From positions 251,276 through 315,275 of the forward strand of contig DAIDHJ010000001.1 of the NCBI GenBank assembly GCA_027451965.1: a stretch of 64,000 bases of DNA, in the 5' to 3' direction. Under the pieces are notes generated by a model that worked only from the letters and a program-made list of their open reading frames with translations, did no database searches and was not told the DNA's origin. Below, one piece after another: positions 47,623 through 58,066 of this stretch. Numbering within the stretch: position 1 is the stretch's first letter; each line of letters starts with the position of its first letter. Position numbers and translations under genes: made by a program. Source of the stretch: Candidatus Adlerbacteria bacterium. GTDB lineage: Bacteria; Patescibacteriota; Minisyncoccia; Phycocordibacterales; SBAW01.

Positions 47623-47877
47623 TTATTTTCGACGTGGTCGCAGAGTAGTCTTTTCAAGCAATTTGCCGAGCTTGATGAGTTCAGCTACTTCTTCACGGCG
47701 CTTGATTACCTTGAGTGTGTGTTTGCGTTTCACTTCGCGTGATTTCTCACGGGTGAAGTAACGGCGTTCCCGCATATTTTGAATAAGCCGGGCTCCCTGC
47801 ACGCGTTTCGTAAAGCGGCGAATGAGGTTCGTTGCGCTTTCCCCGTCGTTTTTTTCTACTGCTGCGTTTACTACCAT
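47623..47877 (-). CDS. rpsU: Ribosomal protein bS21-like
   Basis: ES..NLIRRFTKRVQ...RRYF..EKS; very basic. Confidence 0.7.
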   Translation of the reverse strand: MVVNAAVEKNDGESATNLIRRFTKRVQGARLIQNMRERRYFTREKSREVKRKHTLKVIKRREEVAELIKLGKLLEKTTLRPRRK

Positions 47878-47904
47878 AACGCGCACCATACTACCATGAC
47901 CCCA

Positions 47905-49065
47905 TCAGACTCGCAATGTTTTAAGGTATTTTGGTAGCTGCGCGAGTGCGATGGTGGTTTGCGCGCGTTCGTCAGCAGAACGAACGATAATAGTTTTATC
48001 AAGCACCTCTCTCTGGCCCATAATGAGCACGTGTGATACGCGCGCCTTTCTTGCTTGCGCAAGCTGTATAGAAAGATGTCGGGAATCAAATGATTGCAGA
48101 GAAGGAATACGAGCCGTGCGTAGCATATCCAGCACAGTAAGACCTTGGAGTTTTGCTTGAGAACCTAATTGTACAAAATAGATTTTTGCTGAAGGTGTTT
48201 TTGAACGAACGGCGCAATGGGTTCGTTCAAGTCCCTTTCTATGAAAGAAGATACTTCCATGCACAGTAGCACTCTCTTTGCGTCCCGTAAGTCGGCGCAC
48301 AAAATCATCGTATCTCCCACCGAGGCTTGCATATATAGTCGTATCCGTATCAGCAAGGTCGAGTGCAAAGAGTACTCGTGCTTCTCGCTCGTCGCTCATG
48401 AGCGACGAATCGATGCGGTAAGGAAGATTTAATTGTTCTAATTGTTCAAGGATAGTGCGGAAATGTATGCGACTTTTTTCCGAAAGAAAGTTGATAGAGC
48501 AGGGAGCATCTATGAGTATATCGCTACAATGTGCTGCTGCATGCTGATAGGTCACAAAAGGATTGTCAGACATTTTTCCAGCAGCTGATTCAAACACGGC
48601 AGTATGCTTGCGCAAATAGAGTGTCAATTCTCGTGCAAACCGCTGTTGACTGTCCCGGTCGCCGAGCGCATTGATGCGTATGCATGAAAGTGTAGAGCCC
48701 CATTCTTCCAATATTGCCGTAATCACTTTTATAAGAAGCACCTCACCCATGCTTTCAGAAGATCCGACAATGGAGAGACCAAATTCTGCACTGTCTCGCT
48801 GTGGTAGGGATGCGGGAAGGTGCGAGGGAGCCAAGGTCGCGTAATAGAAGAGGGCTGGTTCCCCAGATAGTTCTGGAACGGTAGGTTTTGTGTTTACAAC
48901 AGCGGTGCCCACCCGCGCAGCAGTTGCAAAGGAATGCATGCCACGTATTTTTTCCTGCGGCGCAATTGCCTCAAGATCATGAATAGAACGGAATCCATAA
49001 AAAGAAGCAATATCCGAAGAGAGTTTTAAAAACGACTTCGGCGATGGGCGAGTAGGGCTACTCAT
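47905..49065 (-). CDS. Degenerate histidyl-tRNA synthetase-like protein
   Basis: INALGD, GGRYD and anticodon-binding domain kept; catalytic motifs 2 and 3 eroded. Confidence 0.75.
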   Translation of the reverse strand: MSSPTRPSPKSFLKLSSDIASFYGFRSIHDLEAIAPQEKIRGMHSFATAARVGTAVVNTKPTVPELSGEPALFYYATLAPSHLPASLPQRDSAEFGLSIVGSSESMGEVLLIKVITAILEEWGSTLSCIRINALGDRDSQQRFARELTLYLRKHTAVFESAAGKMSDNPFVTYQHAAAHCSDILIDAPCSINFLSEKSRIHFRTILEQLEQLNLPYRIDSSLMSDEREARVLFALDLADTDTTIYASLGGRYDDFVRRLTGRKESATVHGSIFFHRKGLERTHCAVRSKTPSAKIYFVQLGSQAKLQGLTVLDMLRTARIPSLQSFDSRHLSIQLAQARKARVSHVLIMGQREVLDKTIIVRSADERAQTTIALAQLPKYLKTLRV

Positions 49066-49079
49066 AAATACCGCTCATA

Positions 49080-49631
49080 TTATTGCGTATGCGCTCCCGG
49101 AAAAACACTTGCTTGAGAAAGGGGAAGAAGACGAACAATCACTCGTCCGACAATATTTTGTCGTGGCACAGGACCCCATATGCGAGAATCGGAACTTTCT
49201 GGTCGGTTATCTCCCATAACGAAATACTGATCTGGCCCAAGCGTGACACTCATATCCGGACCGTTGCCAGTCGAATCAGCGATATACGGTTCTGAAAGTT
49301 TTTCTGTTTGGCCGTTATGAGTGATGTATATCTGTTCATTAGTGATACTTACGGTTTCTCCAGGAAGGCCAATGATGCGTTTAATGAAAAACTGTGAAGG
49401 GTCTTTTGGGTACCGAAACACAATGACATCTCCGCGTTGCGGTGATTCGAATCGGTAGGAAAGCTCATCAACGACCAAGTACTGTTCGTTTTGAAACGTC
49501 GGGTACATAGAAGCACCGCTTACGATAAACGGTTGTGCAACAAAGAGCCGTACTGGTATGACGATAACAAGTGCGAGCGCGGCGAACTTAAGCAGTTCGG
49601 TGAAAAAATCTCCACGCTTTTCGTCAGACAT
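49080..49631 (-). CDS. lepB: Signal peptidase I
   Basis: SGASMYPT, FIKRIIGLPG, GDNRPESSDSR. Confidence 0.96.
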   Translation of the reverse strand: MSDEKRGDFFTELLKFAALALVIVIPVRLFVAQPFIVSGASMYPTFQNEQYLVVDELSYRFESPQRGDVIVFRYPKDPSQFFIKRIIGLPGETVSITNEQIYITHNGQTEKLSEPYIADSTGNGPDMSVTLGPDQYFVMGDNRPESSDSRIWGPVPRQNIVGRVIVRLLPLSQASVFPGAHTQ

Positions 49632-49696
49632 GGCTCCATTGTATGTATCTTCTTACAATGTGCAAGCAATAGGGCAAACCTGGTATGATGACCGTT

Positions 49697-50290
49697 ATGG
49701 AATGGACGGTTGTCGGACTGGGGAACCCCGGAAAGGAATACGAAGGAACAAGGCATAATGTTGGTAGAGATATACTTGTAGCTCTTGCACGTAAAGAAGG
49801 CATACGAACATGGAAAGAGGAACAAAAACCTCGCATGCAAAGTGCTCGAGGCACCATGTATGCGAAGACTGTTCGATTGGTGTTACCGGATACGTATATG
49901 AATAATTCTGGTGCAACGGTTAAAGCATGGATACGAGCACAAAAAGATTTAGAAAAACTGGTAGTGATACAAGACGATCTCGACCTTCCGCTTGGAAAAA
50001 TCAAACTTTCCTATGACAGTGGTGCGGGCGGCCATAAGGGAATAGCATCCATACAGCGGGCACTGAAAACGAATGCATTTACACGCATACGTGTCGGCAT
50101 CTCTCCCATAACACCTTCTGGCAAGCTTAAAAAGCCATCTGGAGAACAAGTAATCACTTTTGTGTTGGGTACATTCCGTCCGACGGAACAAGAATTGCTC
50201 AAAAAAACGCGCCGTCTCATAGAGAAAGCACTCACTTTGTTAGTGACTGAAGGTCGTGCTCAGGCGATGACAGAGGTCAATGCCGGATAA
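49697..50290 (+). CDS. pth: Peptidyl-tRNA hydrolase
   Basis: GLGNPG..Y..TRHNVG, YMNNSG, GGHKG. Confidence 0.96.
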   Translation: MEWTVVGLGNPGKEYEGTRHNVGRDILVALARKEGIRTWKEEQKPRMQSARGTMYAKTVRLVLPDTYMNNSGATVKAWIRAQKDLEKLVVIQDDLDLPLGKIKLSYDSGAGGHKGIASIQRALKTNAFTRIRVGISPITPSGKLKKPSGEQVITFVLGTFRPTEQELLKKTRRLIEKALTLLVTEGRAQAMTEVNAG

Positions 50291-51421
50291 CTATTTCTTT
50301 TCTCCGGCGAAGGAAAGCGCCATGCGTATCTCTTTCGGATCAAACAAGGAAATAATGAACGGATAGCGTTTTCCCAGTTCGAGATTCTCGCGCAGTTTTT
50401 CCTCAGAACCGAAATCAGATACATGGACTAGTCCAGCAATACCTTCTTCAATAGAGGCGAGTGCGCCGTGTTTATTGAATTTAATGATGACCCCTTCGAC
50501 GCGGTCTCCTTTGTGGTATTTCTCCGCTGCTGCTTGCCATGGATTTTCCTTGAGTTGCTTGACGGAAAGGGATACTTTTCCGTCTTTGATATCAATGATT
50601 TTCACTTTTACCTTATCTCCAACTTTGAAGAAGTGGCGCGGGTCATCCACGAGGCCCCAATCAATTTCAGAAATGTGCACCAGTCCTTCTAATCCTTCTT
50701 CCAGTTTGACGAACACACCGAAATCAACCATGCCGGTCACTTCTCCGGCGACTACATCGCCGACCTGATATCGTTCAATGATTTCTTGCTTTTCCTTATC
50801 TTCCGCTCCTTTTTCAGAGAAGATCAGCTTTCCCTCCTTGGGTAGCGCAGAAATAATAAATACAGAAAGGCGTTCTCCGACCATTTTGCGCAACTCATCC
50901 AAAATCTTATCTTTATCTCCGTCGATTACGCGAGGGTAATGTTCTGCCTTGAGCTGTGAAGCAGGAAGAAATCCGGTAATACCTTGCCACTCAAGAATCA
51001 AACCGCCCTTGTTTGCTTCCTTAACAGTAAGTTCGAGAGGTGATTTGTTCTTTTGTGCTTCTTCCGCTTCTGTCCAAATGAGCGCTTGCCGTGCTTCTTT
51101 GAGGGAAAGCTCTATGTATCCATCCTTCGTATTGCTTTCTATTACTTTGGCCGCAATCCGGTCACCAATATTGGTGCGTTTGATGACTTCTCGAGCGTTG
51201 AGATACTCTCGTCCGAAAATGACTCCAGTTCCAAATGGTGGAAGATCGATGTAGAGGCGTGCACGATCGAGAGCGATCACAGGACCTTCAACAATATCTC
51301 CTGGTTTCGGAGGTTCAGGGATACGGCTGGTGAATTCTGCCATAGCAGAAGACCCTTGCTGCGTTGCTTCGCTCAAATCGAACTTTGCCGCACGAGTAGA
51401 TTCGGTGTTTACTGATGACAT
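50291..51421 (-). CDS. rpsA: Ribosomal protein S1 (short, about 4 S1 domains)
   Basis: GFLPASQ, FGVFV..EGLVHISEI. Confidence 0.9.
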   Translation of the reverse strand: MSSVNTESTRAAKFDLSEATQQGSSAMAEFTSRIPEPPKPGDIVEGPVIALDRARLYIDLPPFGTGVIFGREYLNAREVIKRTNIGDRIAAKVIESNTKDGYIELSLKEARQALIWTEAEEAQKNKSPLELTVKEANKGGLILEWQGITGFLPASQLKAEHYPRVIDGDKDKILDELRKMVGERLSVFIISALPKEGKLIFSEKGAEDKEKQEIIERYQVGDVVAGEVTGMVDFGVFVKLEEGLEGLVHISEIDWGLVDDPRHFFKVGDKVKVKIIDIKDGKVSLSVKQLKENPWQAAAEKYHKGDRVEGVIIKFNKHGALASIEEGIAGLVHVSDFGSEEKLRENLELGKRYPFIISLFDPKEIRMALSFAGEKK

Positions 51422-51586
51422 ACTATTGGTTTGTACGACAGGTCCTTAGTTTCCCAAGATTACTCCTGTGCGCTATTGCTCATAAAGGGGAACGCCCTCT
51501 ATTGCGTTGCAGTATAGCAGTGGAACGCATTCCGTGCAAATCGGTTTTATGCTGTAAATATAGGGAAAATCTGATAAAATAGGCAT

Positions 51587-52210
51587 ATGGTAATTACCTA
51601 TACCGGAGGAGAGTGTTTCAAGATAACCCAAGGTGATTTGACCCTTGCCTTCAATCCGCCTGCTAAAGGTTCCATATTTCCTTCTTCCAAGTTTGGTTCA
51701 GATATTGTATTGGTATCTCTTAATCATCCTGATTTTAATGGGGTTGAGAATACCGCATTTGGAGATCGTGAACCGTTCGTTATTACTGGCCCCGGAGAAT
51801 ACGAAATTAAGGGAGTCGCCGTACGAGGATTTGCCTCCAATGCCAATTACGGAAATAAAGAGACTATCAACACTATATATAGTGTATTTCTCGATGGTAT
51901 TAATTTGTGCTTCCTTGGCGCTCTGGGTGTGGCACAACTGCCACAAGGAGCTAAGCAAGAACTCGATGGCATCGATGTACTTTTTCTTCCGGTGGGAGGA
52001 GAAGGTGTATTGAATCAAAGTGAAGCATATGCACTTGCGGTGCAATTGGAACCAAAGATTATTATTCCCATGCATTACCGACATCCACAGGAACTCTCAG
52101 CTTTTCTCAAGGAAGCAGGGGCAGACCGACTGCAGCCGATAGAGAAACTCACTCTTAAAAAGAAGGATTTGGAAGGCAAAGAAGGAGAAATTGTCGTACT
52201 ATCACACTAA
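51587..52210 (+). CDS. MBL-fold protein with degenerate metal motif
   Basis: GPGEYEI, VLFLPVGG, IIPMHY; LNHPDF in place of HxHxDH. Confidence 0.8.
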   Translation: MVITYTGGECFKITQGDLTLAFNPPAKGSIFPSSKFGSDIVLVSLNHPDFNGVENTAFGDREPFVITGPGEYEIKGVAVRGFASNANYGNKETINTIYSVFLDGINLCFLGALGVAQLPQGAKQELDGIDVLFLPVGGEGVLNQSEAYALAVQLEPKIIIPMHYRHPQELSAFLKEAGADRLQPIEKLTLKKKDLEGKEGEIVVLSH

Positions 52211-52214
52211 GAAC

Positions 52215-52487
52215 ATGAAGCGCTACATCGAACACATGAAACGAAAAACGCCACATGAACGCCGGCAGCATGCATTACAAGTTGCCTGTGTAGCGACCTT
52301 CCTTGTTGCGGTCATATGGATCACTACGCTTGGCCTTCATTCTGCTCCTTCTGCGGGAACAGTGACTGCGGCAGGAGATCAAACACAATTGGCAAACGTA
52401 GCAAGTGGTGTGCAAACCTCGGACACTGCTTCTAATGCTGGAATTGAAGTAGCAACCACCAGCGTGTTTGATAGCGGTCAACAATAA
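52215..52487 (+). CDS. Small single-TM protein
   Basis: Basic N-terminus, TM, S/T/A-rich tail. Confidence 0.7.
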   Translation: MKRYIEHMKRKTPHERRQHALQVACVATFLVAVIWITTLGLHSAPSAGTVTAAGDQTQLANVASGVQTSDTASNAGIEVATTSVFDSGQQ

Positions 52488-52492
52488 CCAAT

Positions 52493-54964
52493 ATGGCGAA
52501 ATCTGAAAAATATCCTCCTGAACAGGAGTCCTCACAGCATATTGTTCCGCGCAATATCTCAACCGAGATGCGCGAAGCGTATCTCGACTACGCCATGAGC
52601 GTTATTACCGCGCGCGCCCTTCCGGATGTGCGTGACGGTCTCAAACCGGTACATCGTCGCATTCTCTACACCATGTTGCGCAATGGTCTCACCCCTTCGG
52701 CTCGGTTTCGAAAATCAGCTGCGGTCGTTGGAGATGTGATTGCAAAATATCATCCTCACGGTGATGCAGCAGTATATGACGCCATGGTTAAAATGGCACA
52801 AACATTCGCGATGCGTTATCCGCTAGTGATTGGTCAAGGAAACTTCGGGTCAATCGACGGTGATGCAGCGGCTGCCTACCGATACACCGAAGCAAAAATG
52901 TCGCGTATTGCTGAAGAGATGCTGCGAGATATTGATAAAGAAACCGTTGAATGGCGTCCAAACTATGACGGATCGCTCCAGGAGCCAGTGGTTCTTCCTG
53001 CGGCGGTTCCTAATATTTTACTCAATGGCACGTTGGGTATTGCCGTTGGTATGGCGACAAATATTCCTCCACATAACCTGCAGGAGTTGTCTGCCGCGCT
53101 TGAGCACCTTTTAGAGTATCCAGAAGCAACCGTCGAAGATCTTATGGAGTTTGTTTCCGGTCCCGATTTCCCGACTGGCGCTGTTGCATTTAATAAAAAA
53201 GACCTGCTACATGCGTACTCGACAGGAAAGGGAGGAGTGATTGTCCGCGGACAGGCGGAAATTGTAGAAGACAAGAAGGGAAATTTTCAAATTGTCGTTT
53301 CATCGCTACCTTACAGAGTTAATAAGGCAGATTTACTGGTGCGTATCGCGGATCTGGTGCGAGATAAAAAACTCGAGGGTATTCGAGGCTTGCGTGATGA
53401 ATCAACGAGAGATATTCGCATTGTGCTTGATCTCAAACAAGGAAGCCAGCCGCAGAAGGTGCTGAATTATCTCTATAAGCACACAGCTCTTGAGGATACC
53501 TTCCATTTCAACATGGTAGTGCTGGTTGATGGTGTGCCGCAAACGCTTTCTCTCAAAGGAATCCTTCAGGAATTTCTCAAGCATCGTCAGGAGGTGGTGC
53601 GTCGTCGGACGCAGTTTGATTTGCGAAAAGCGCAGGAACGGGAGCATATTCTCCTTGGTCTCAAGAAGGCACTTGATGTCATTGATCAGATCATTAAAAC
53701 AATTCGAGGATCGAAGGATGTGGCCGATGCGCACGCTAATTTGATGAAACAATTCAAGTTTTCCGACCTGCAAGCAACAGCGATTTTGGAAATGCGTCTG
53801 CAGAAACTGGCGAATCTCGAGCGTAAAAAAGTGGAAGATGAGCTTAAGGACATCCAGGCTATCATCGAAGAACTCAGTGGATTACTGAAGAGCGAAAAGA
53901 AAATTGCAGGAGTAGTCCGCAAGGAAATTGCAGATATTGCGAGTCGGTATGGTGATGACCGTCAGACGAAAGTGGTGAAAGGTGCGGTAGGAGTCATAAA
54001 TGTGGAAGATCTGGTTCCAGATGAGGAACAGGTATTAGTGCTTACTGCTGGAGGGTATGTAAAACGGACAAATCCGGAAGAATACCGAAAACAGAAGCGT
54101 GGTGGTGTAGGGGTTATTGATCTCAACACCAAAGAAGAAGATTTTGTCACGACATTTCTTACTACCTCGACACATAGTGATCTCCTGTTCTTCACTGATC
54201 GAGGAAAAGCATATCAAATCAAAATGTATGATTTGCCAGAAGGGAAACGCTCTACCAAAGGAAAGGCTCTGGTAAACTACCTTTCTATCTCAGAAGGAGA
54301 GAAGGTAACGTCAGTGCTCCCGCTCCGTAAGAATGAAAAAGAAGGCAAATCATTCCTTTACCTTATTACCCGTCAGGGTGTTGCGAAGAAGGTGGATGCG
54401 ACAGCATTTCATGATGTCCGACGCAGTGGTCTCATTGCCGTTAAACTGCAACCAGGAGATGAGCTTATTGCAGCACTCCTTACGGAAAAAGATGATGAGC
54501 TTTTCCTCTCTTCTGCAAAAGGGCAGTCCATTCGTTTCAAAGAAAGCGATATTCGGTCCATGGGTCGCAGTGCTGGCGGAGTGCGTGCTATGAAATTGGC
54601 AACCGGCGATGTAGTGGTTGGTGCTGACGTGATACGCAAGGGTCGCGCAGACATGGAGGTACTCGTGGTCTCGCGCAATGGCTATGGAAAAACAACACCA
54701 GTGAATGAATATAAAATCCAAAAACGTAGCGGCAGTGGTATAAAAACGGTAAAAGTAACACCAAAGACTGGACCATTAATTGCCGCTCGTATTATTTCTC
54801 GAGCAGCGGAAGAAGAGGAACAGGAGATCGTAGTTATTTCCAAGAAAGGACAAGTGATCCGCACTGGGCTGTCTGAAATTCCATCACTTTCACGCGGCAC
54901 CCAAGGCGTGCGTATCATGAAACTCCGGGAAGGGGATGCTATTGCTTCATTTGTGTGTCTCTAA
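52493..54964 (+). CDS. gyrA: DNA gyrase subunit A
   Basis: [22 protein letters not shown], GyrA-box QKRGGVG. Confidence 0.98.
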   Translation: MAKSEKYPPEQESSQHIVPRNISTEMREAYLDYAMSVITARALPDVRDGLKPVHRRILYTMLRNGLTPSARFRKSAAVVGDVIAKYHPHGDAAVYDAMVKMAQTFAMRYPLVIGQGNFGSIDGDAAAAYRYTEAKMSRIAEEMLRDIDKETVEWRPNYDGSLQEPVVLPAAVPNILLNGTLGIAVGMATNIPPHNLQELSAALEHLLEYPEATVEDLMEFVSGPDFPTGAVAFNKKDLLHAYSTGKGGVIVRGQAEIVEDKKGNFQIVVSSLPYRVNKADLLVRIADLVRDKKLEGIRGLRDESTRDIRIVLDLKQGSQPQKVLNYLYKHTALEDTFHFNMVVLVDGVPQTLSLKGILQEFLKHRQEVVRRRTQFDLRKAQEREHILLGLKKALDVIDQIIKTIRGSKDVADAHANLMKQFKFSDLQATAILEMRLQKLANLERKKVEDELKDIQAIIEELSGLLKSEKKIAGVVRKEIADIASRYGDDRQTKVVKGAVGVINVEDLVPDEEQVLVLTAGGYVKRTNPEEYRKQKRGGVGVIDLNTKEEDFVTTFLTTSTHSDLLFFTDRGKAYQIKMYDLPEGKRSTKGKALVNYLSISEGEKVTSVLPLRKNEKEGKSFLYLITRQGVAKKVDATAFHDVRRSGLIAVKLQPGDELIAALLTEKDDELFLSSAKGQSIRFKESDIRSMGRSAGGVRAMKLATGDVVVGADVIRKGRADMEVLVVSRNGYGKTTPVNEYKIQKRSGSGIKTVKVTPKTGPLIAARIISRAAEEEEQEIVVISKKGQVIRTGLSEIPSLSRGTQGVRIMKLREGDAIASFVCL

Positions 54965-54992
54965 TTGCATCAAAGGGTATATACTGAAATGA

Positions 54993-55547
54993 ATGGAAGG
55001 TTCGTTTCTACATCCTACGCAGACGCTGCGCGCCGCTGGCGTGACCGAAGGCATGTGTGTTGCTGATTTCGGGGCCGGTTCGGGATTTTTCACTCGCGCC
55101 GCAGCACGCCTTGTGGGACCCATAGGAGTAGTATGGGCTATCGATGTGCACCGAGATCTCCTTACTCGGGTAAAGAATCTCGGCACAGCAGAAGGGTTAT
55201 CAAATATTGAAATTGCGTGGGGAGATGTTGCCTTACCTAAAGGGAGTCATTTGCCGGCACAGAGCTGTGATCTGGTGCTCATAACCAACATACTCTTTAT
55301 GCTTGAATCTAAAAGAGAAGTGCTTCATGAGGCTGCACGCGTGCTTAAGCCACAAGGGCAAATTCTCCTCATTGATTGGACGAGTTCACACGATGGATTG
55401 GGACCGCACCCTGATCATATATTTACAGAAGCTGCTGCACGCACAGTGTGCGAGCAGGAAGGATTTTCAGTGCTGCGTCCTGTTCCTGCGGGCGCATATC
55501 ATTGGGGATTGATCGTTCGCAAAAACATGACAAAGGACGCACAATAA
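54993..55547 (+). CDS. Class I SAM-dependent methyltransferase
   Basis: ADFGAGSG, RVLKPQG, IDW. Confidence 0.9.
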   Translation: MEGSFLHPTQTLRAAGVTEGMCVADFGAGSGFFTRAAARLVGPIGVVWAIDVHRDLLTRVKNLGTAEGLSNIEIAWGDVALPKGSHLPAQSCDLVLITNILFMLESKREVLHEAARVLKPQGQILLIDWTSSHDGLGPHPDHIFTEAAARTVCEQEGFSVLRPVPAGAYHWGLIVRKNMTKDAQ

Positions 55548-55555
55548 CAAAGTAT

Positions 55556-56860
55556 ATGAAACTCTCTATGTTTCAATTGATTGTACTCATTTCCTTTGTT
55601 GGCTTTTTGCTTGCAGGGATTGCCGCTTTTTCACTATTTGGAGGTAATAGAGGCAGTAGTATTGGCCAAGTAACCATATGGGGAACTCTTGATCAGCAAA
55701 CTATGCAATCACTCTTAGTGACTCTACGCTCTCAAAATAAAGAATTTCAAAATGTAACGTATGTACAGAAAGACCCAAGCACGTACTACACAGATCTTAT
55801 CAACGCTATGGCAAGTGGTACCGGACCAGATCTCTTTTTTATAACTCAGGATACCGTCACTAACTTTTCTAATAAAATTACTGTAATTCCATACAGTGCT
55901 GAATCACAAGCCACATACCTTTCTTCATTTCTCAATGAGGGACAACTTTTTTTGACTCCACAAGGAGCACTTGCGTTACCATTTAGTATTGATCCACTGG
56001 TGATGTACTGGAATAAAGATTTATTTGCTTCTGCGGGTATTGCGCAACCTCCGGTATATTGGAGTGATTTTCTTTCCTTGGCACCGCAAATTACTTCTAT
56101 TGATACGAGTTCTAATATTGCACGGAGTGCGGTAGCACTTGGTTCCTGGAAAAATATTACTCACGCAAAAATGATCCTATCAGCACTATTCATGGAAGCA
56201 GGAGATCCAATTATGCTGCGTACAGGATCGGGATCATTAGAATCAGTATTTGGTACTACTCCAGCCGCAGCTGCAGAAAATCCTGCATCTTCAGCTTTGC
56301 TATTTTATACAGAGTTTGCGAATCCTTCTAAAACTACGTATTCCTGGAATGATGCATTACCCCAATCACGGGATGCATTTGCTGCAGGAAATGTTGCTGT
56401 ATATTTTGGCACTGCAAGTGATAATCAGTTACTACTTCAAACAAATCCAAATTTAAATTTTGGTGTTGCGCTGCTACCGCAGATTAAGGGGAATGCCACA
56501 CACCTTACTTTCGGAGAACTTACTGGATTAGCTATTTCACGTAGTGCATCTAATCCGCAAGGAGCACTTGCAGTCGCGCAGGCGTTAACAAGTCTTTCGA
56601 TACAAGAATCACTCTTACAACAAGGTACAGTAATACCGGCGCGTAGTGATATTTCTATAAATACCAGTGCTAATGCCGCTGAGGCAATATTTGAACAGTC
56701 TGCAATTATGTCGCAAGGTTGGCTTGACCCGGATCCTAGTGCAACTGATCCACTTTTTGAGAACATGATAGAATCGGTAGTAACAGGGCAGCAAGATCCC
56801 GCACAAGCAGTAGCACAAGCTTCACAAGCAATGATACAACTTAGTACTACAGCACAATAA
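55556..56860 (+). CDS. Extracellular solute-binding protein, family 1 (sugar-type)
   Basis: N-terminal TM, TIWG, GPDLF, LPFSIDPLVMYWNKDLF. Confidence 0.88.
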   Translation: MKLSMFQLIVLISFVGFLLAGIAAFSLFGGNRGSSIGQVTIWGTLDQQTMQSLLVTLRSQNKEFQNVTYVQKDPSTYYTDLINAMASGTGPDLFFITQDTVTNFSNKITVIPYSAESQATYLSSFLNEGQLFLTPQGALALPFSIDPLVMYWNKDLFASAGIAQPPVYWSDFLSLAPQITSIDTSSNIARSAVALGSWKNITHAKMILSALFMEAGDPIMLRTGSGSLESVFGTTPAAAAENPASSALLFYTEFANPSKTTYSWNDALPQSRDAFAAGNVAVYFGTASDNQLLLQTNPNLNFGVALLPQIKGNATHLTFGELTGLAISRSASNPQGALAVAQALTSLSIQESLLQQGTVIPARSDISINTSANAAEAIFEQSAIMSQGWLDPDPSATDPLFENMIESVVTGQQDPAQAVAQASQAMIQLSTTAQ

Positions 56861-57345
56861 TGAAACGTATTATACGAGGATTATTCATACAAAGTTACCT
56901 CTTCTCACTTCCATTAGTATCTTTTGCAAGTGGTTCCACTGGAGGAGGCGGAGGAAGTACAGGCGGTGGAGGTGGTTCCACTGGAGGAGGCGGAGGAAGT
57001 ACAGGCGGTGGAGGTGGTTCCACTGGAGGAGGCGGAGGAAGTACAGGGACATTAATAAATCCTTTAAATGCAAATTCAGTTTGTGGTTTTTTGAAAGATG
57101 TACTTAATATTGTAATGCAAATTGCAATGCCAATTGCCTTATTATTTTTAGTATTAGCAGGATTTCAACTCGTTGCTGCTAGGGGAAATCCTGAAGCACT
57201 TACAAAAGCCAGAAAGAATCTCATTTATACGATTATTGGAATCGGCCTTTTTTTGGGAGCCTGGACTTTAGCGTTAGTACTTGCCAATACTATCAATGCC
57301 CTAGGTAGCTCTCTCGGACAGCCTAATAGTGTTGGTACTTGTTAA
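56860..57345 (+). CDS. VirB2/TrbC-like pilin with N-terminal (STGGGGG)n
   Basis: Signal, Gly repeat, LINPL, TM-(ARGNPEALTKARK)-TM. Confidence 0.8.
   Translation: MKRIIRGLFIQSYLFSLPLVSFASGSTGGGGGSTGGGGGSTGGGGGSTGGGGGSTGGGGGSTGTLINPLNANSVCGFLKDVLNIVMQIAMPIALLFLVLAGFQLVAARGNPEALTKARKNLIYTIIGIGLFLGAWTLALVLANTINALGSSLGQPNSVGTC
56932..57047 (+). repeat. 42-bp tandem repeat, about 2.8 copies, encoding STGGGGG x5
   Basis: GGTTCCACTGGAGGAGGCGGAGGAAGTACAGGCGGTGGAGGT at 56932, 56974 and 57016 (partial). Confidence 0.95.
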
Positions 57346-57349
57346 TTAT

Positions 57350-57601
57350 ATGAGTCTTACACTAGCTGGTATCGTAGGAAATATTGTCAACCTTATTAAC
57401 ACTACTATTCCTGTTCTTTCTACATTAGCATTGGCAATATTTTTACTAGGAATTGTTCGATATTTGTATTCTGAAACACAAGGGAAAAAGGACCAATCTA
57501 GAGAAGTAATTATATGGGGCATTATAGCCTTATTTATCATCTTTTCTTTGTGGGGAATTATTGCGGTAATGAAAAGCGTTTTGCTACCACCGGGGTTCTA
57601 A
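57350..57601 (+). CDS. VirB2-like pilin
   Basis: TM-charged loop-TM; IIWGIIALFIIFSLWGI. Confidence 0.8.
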   Translation: MSLTLAGIVGNIVNLINTTIPVLSTLALAIFLLGIVRYLYSETQGKKDQSREVIIWGIIALFIIFSLWGIIAVMKSVLLPPGF

Positions 57602-57673
57602 TCTCTATCCACACCGTCCTATTGTTTGGTTACACTAGTTTGCTACAGTGAAGGCATGTCTAATAATATTTAT

Positions 57674-58036
57674 ATGAAGAAAATACTAACAATTGCCGGA
57701 ATAATTTTTTCCATTCCGCTCCTTACCTTTGCTCAAGCGTCAAATGGTAATTCGTATATTAATTACTACATTACTCTTATACAGCAGGTGAGTTATATTC
57801 TTCATATCCTCATTCCTATTCTGGTTACTGCCGCTATTGTTATATTCTTCATTGGCTTAGTTCAATACATCTTTAAGCCTGATGATAAGGAAAAACCAAA
57901 GAAGACGATGATTGCAGGTATTGTGAGCATTTTTATCATGGTTTCATTGTGGGGGATTATCAGTTTGCTCCAGAATGTAGCGGGAGTAAATCCTAACTAC
58001 GTAAATCCTATACAACAAGGTCCTCAAGTACAATAA
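57674..58036 (+). CDS. VirB2-like pilin
   Basis: Signal ending TFA-Q; GLVQYI..PDDKEK..MIAGIVSIFIMVSLWGII. Confidence 0.82.
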   Translation: MKKILTIAGIIFSIPLLTFAQASNGNSYINYYITLIQQVSYILHILIPILVTAAIVIFFIGLVQYIFKPDDKEKPKKTMIAGIVSIFIMVSLWGIISLLQNVAGVNPNYVNPIQQGPQVQ

Positions 58037-58066
58037 AAATGTTCAACGTACAGTTGAGTCTATGGT

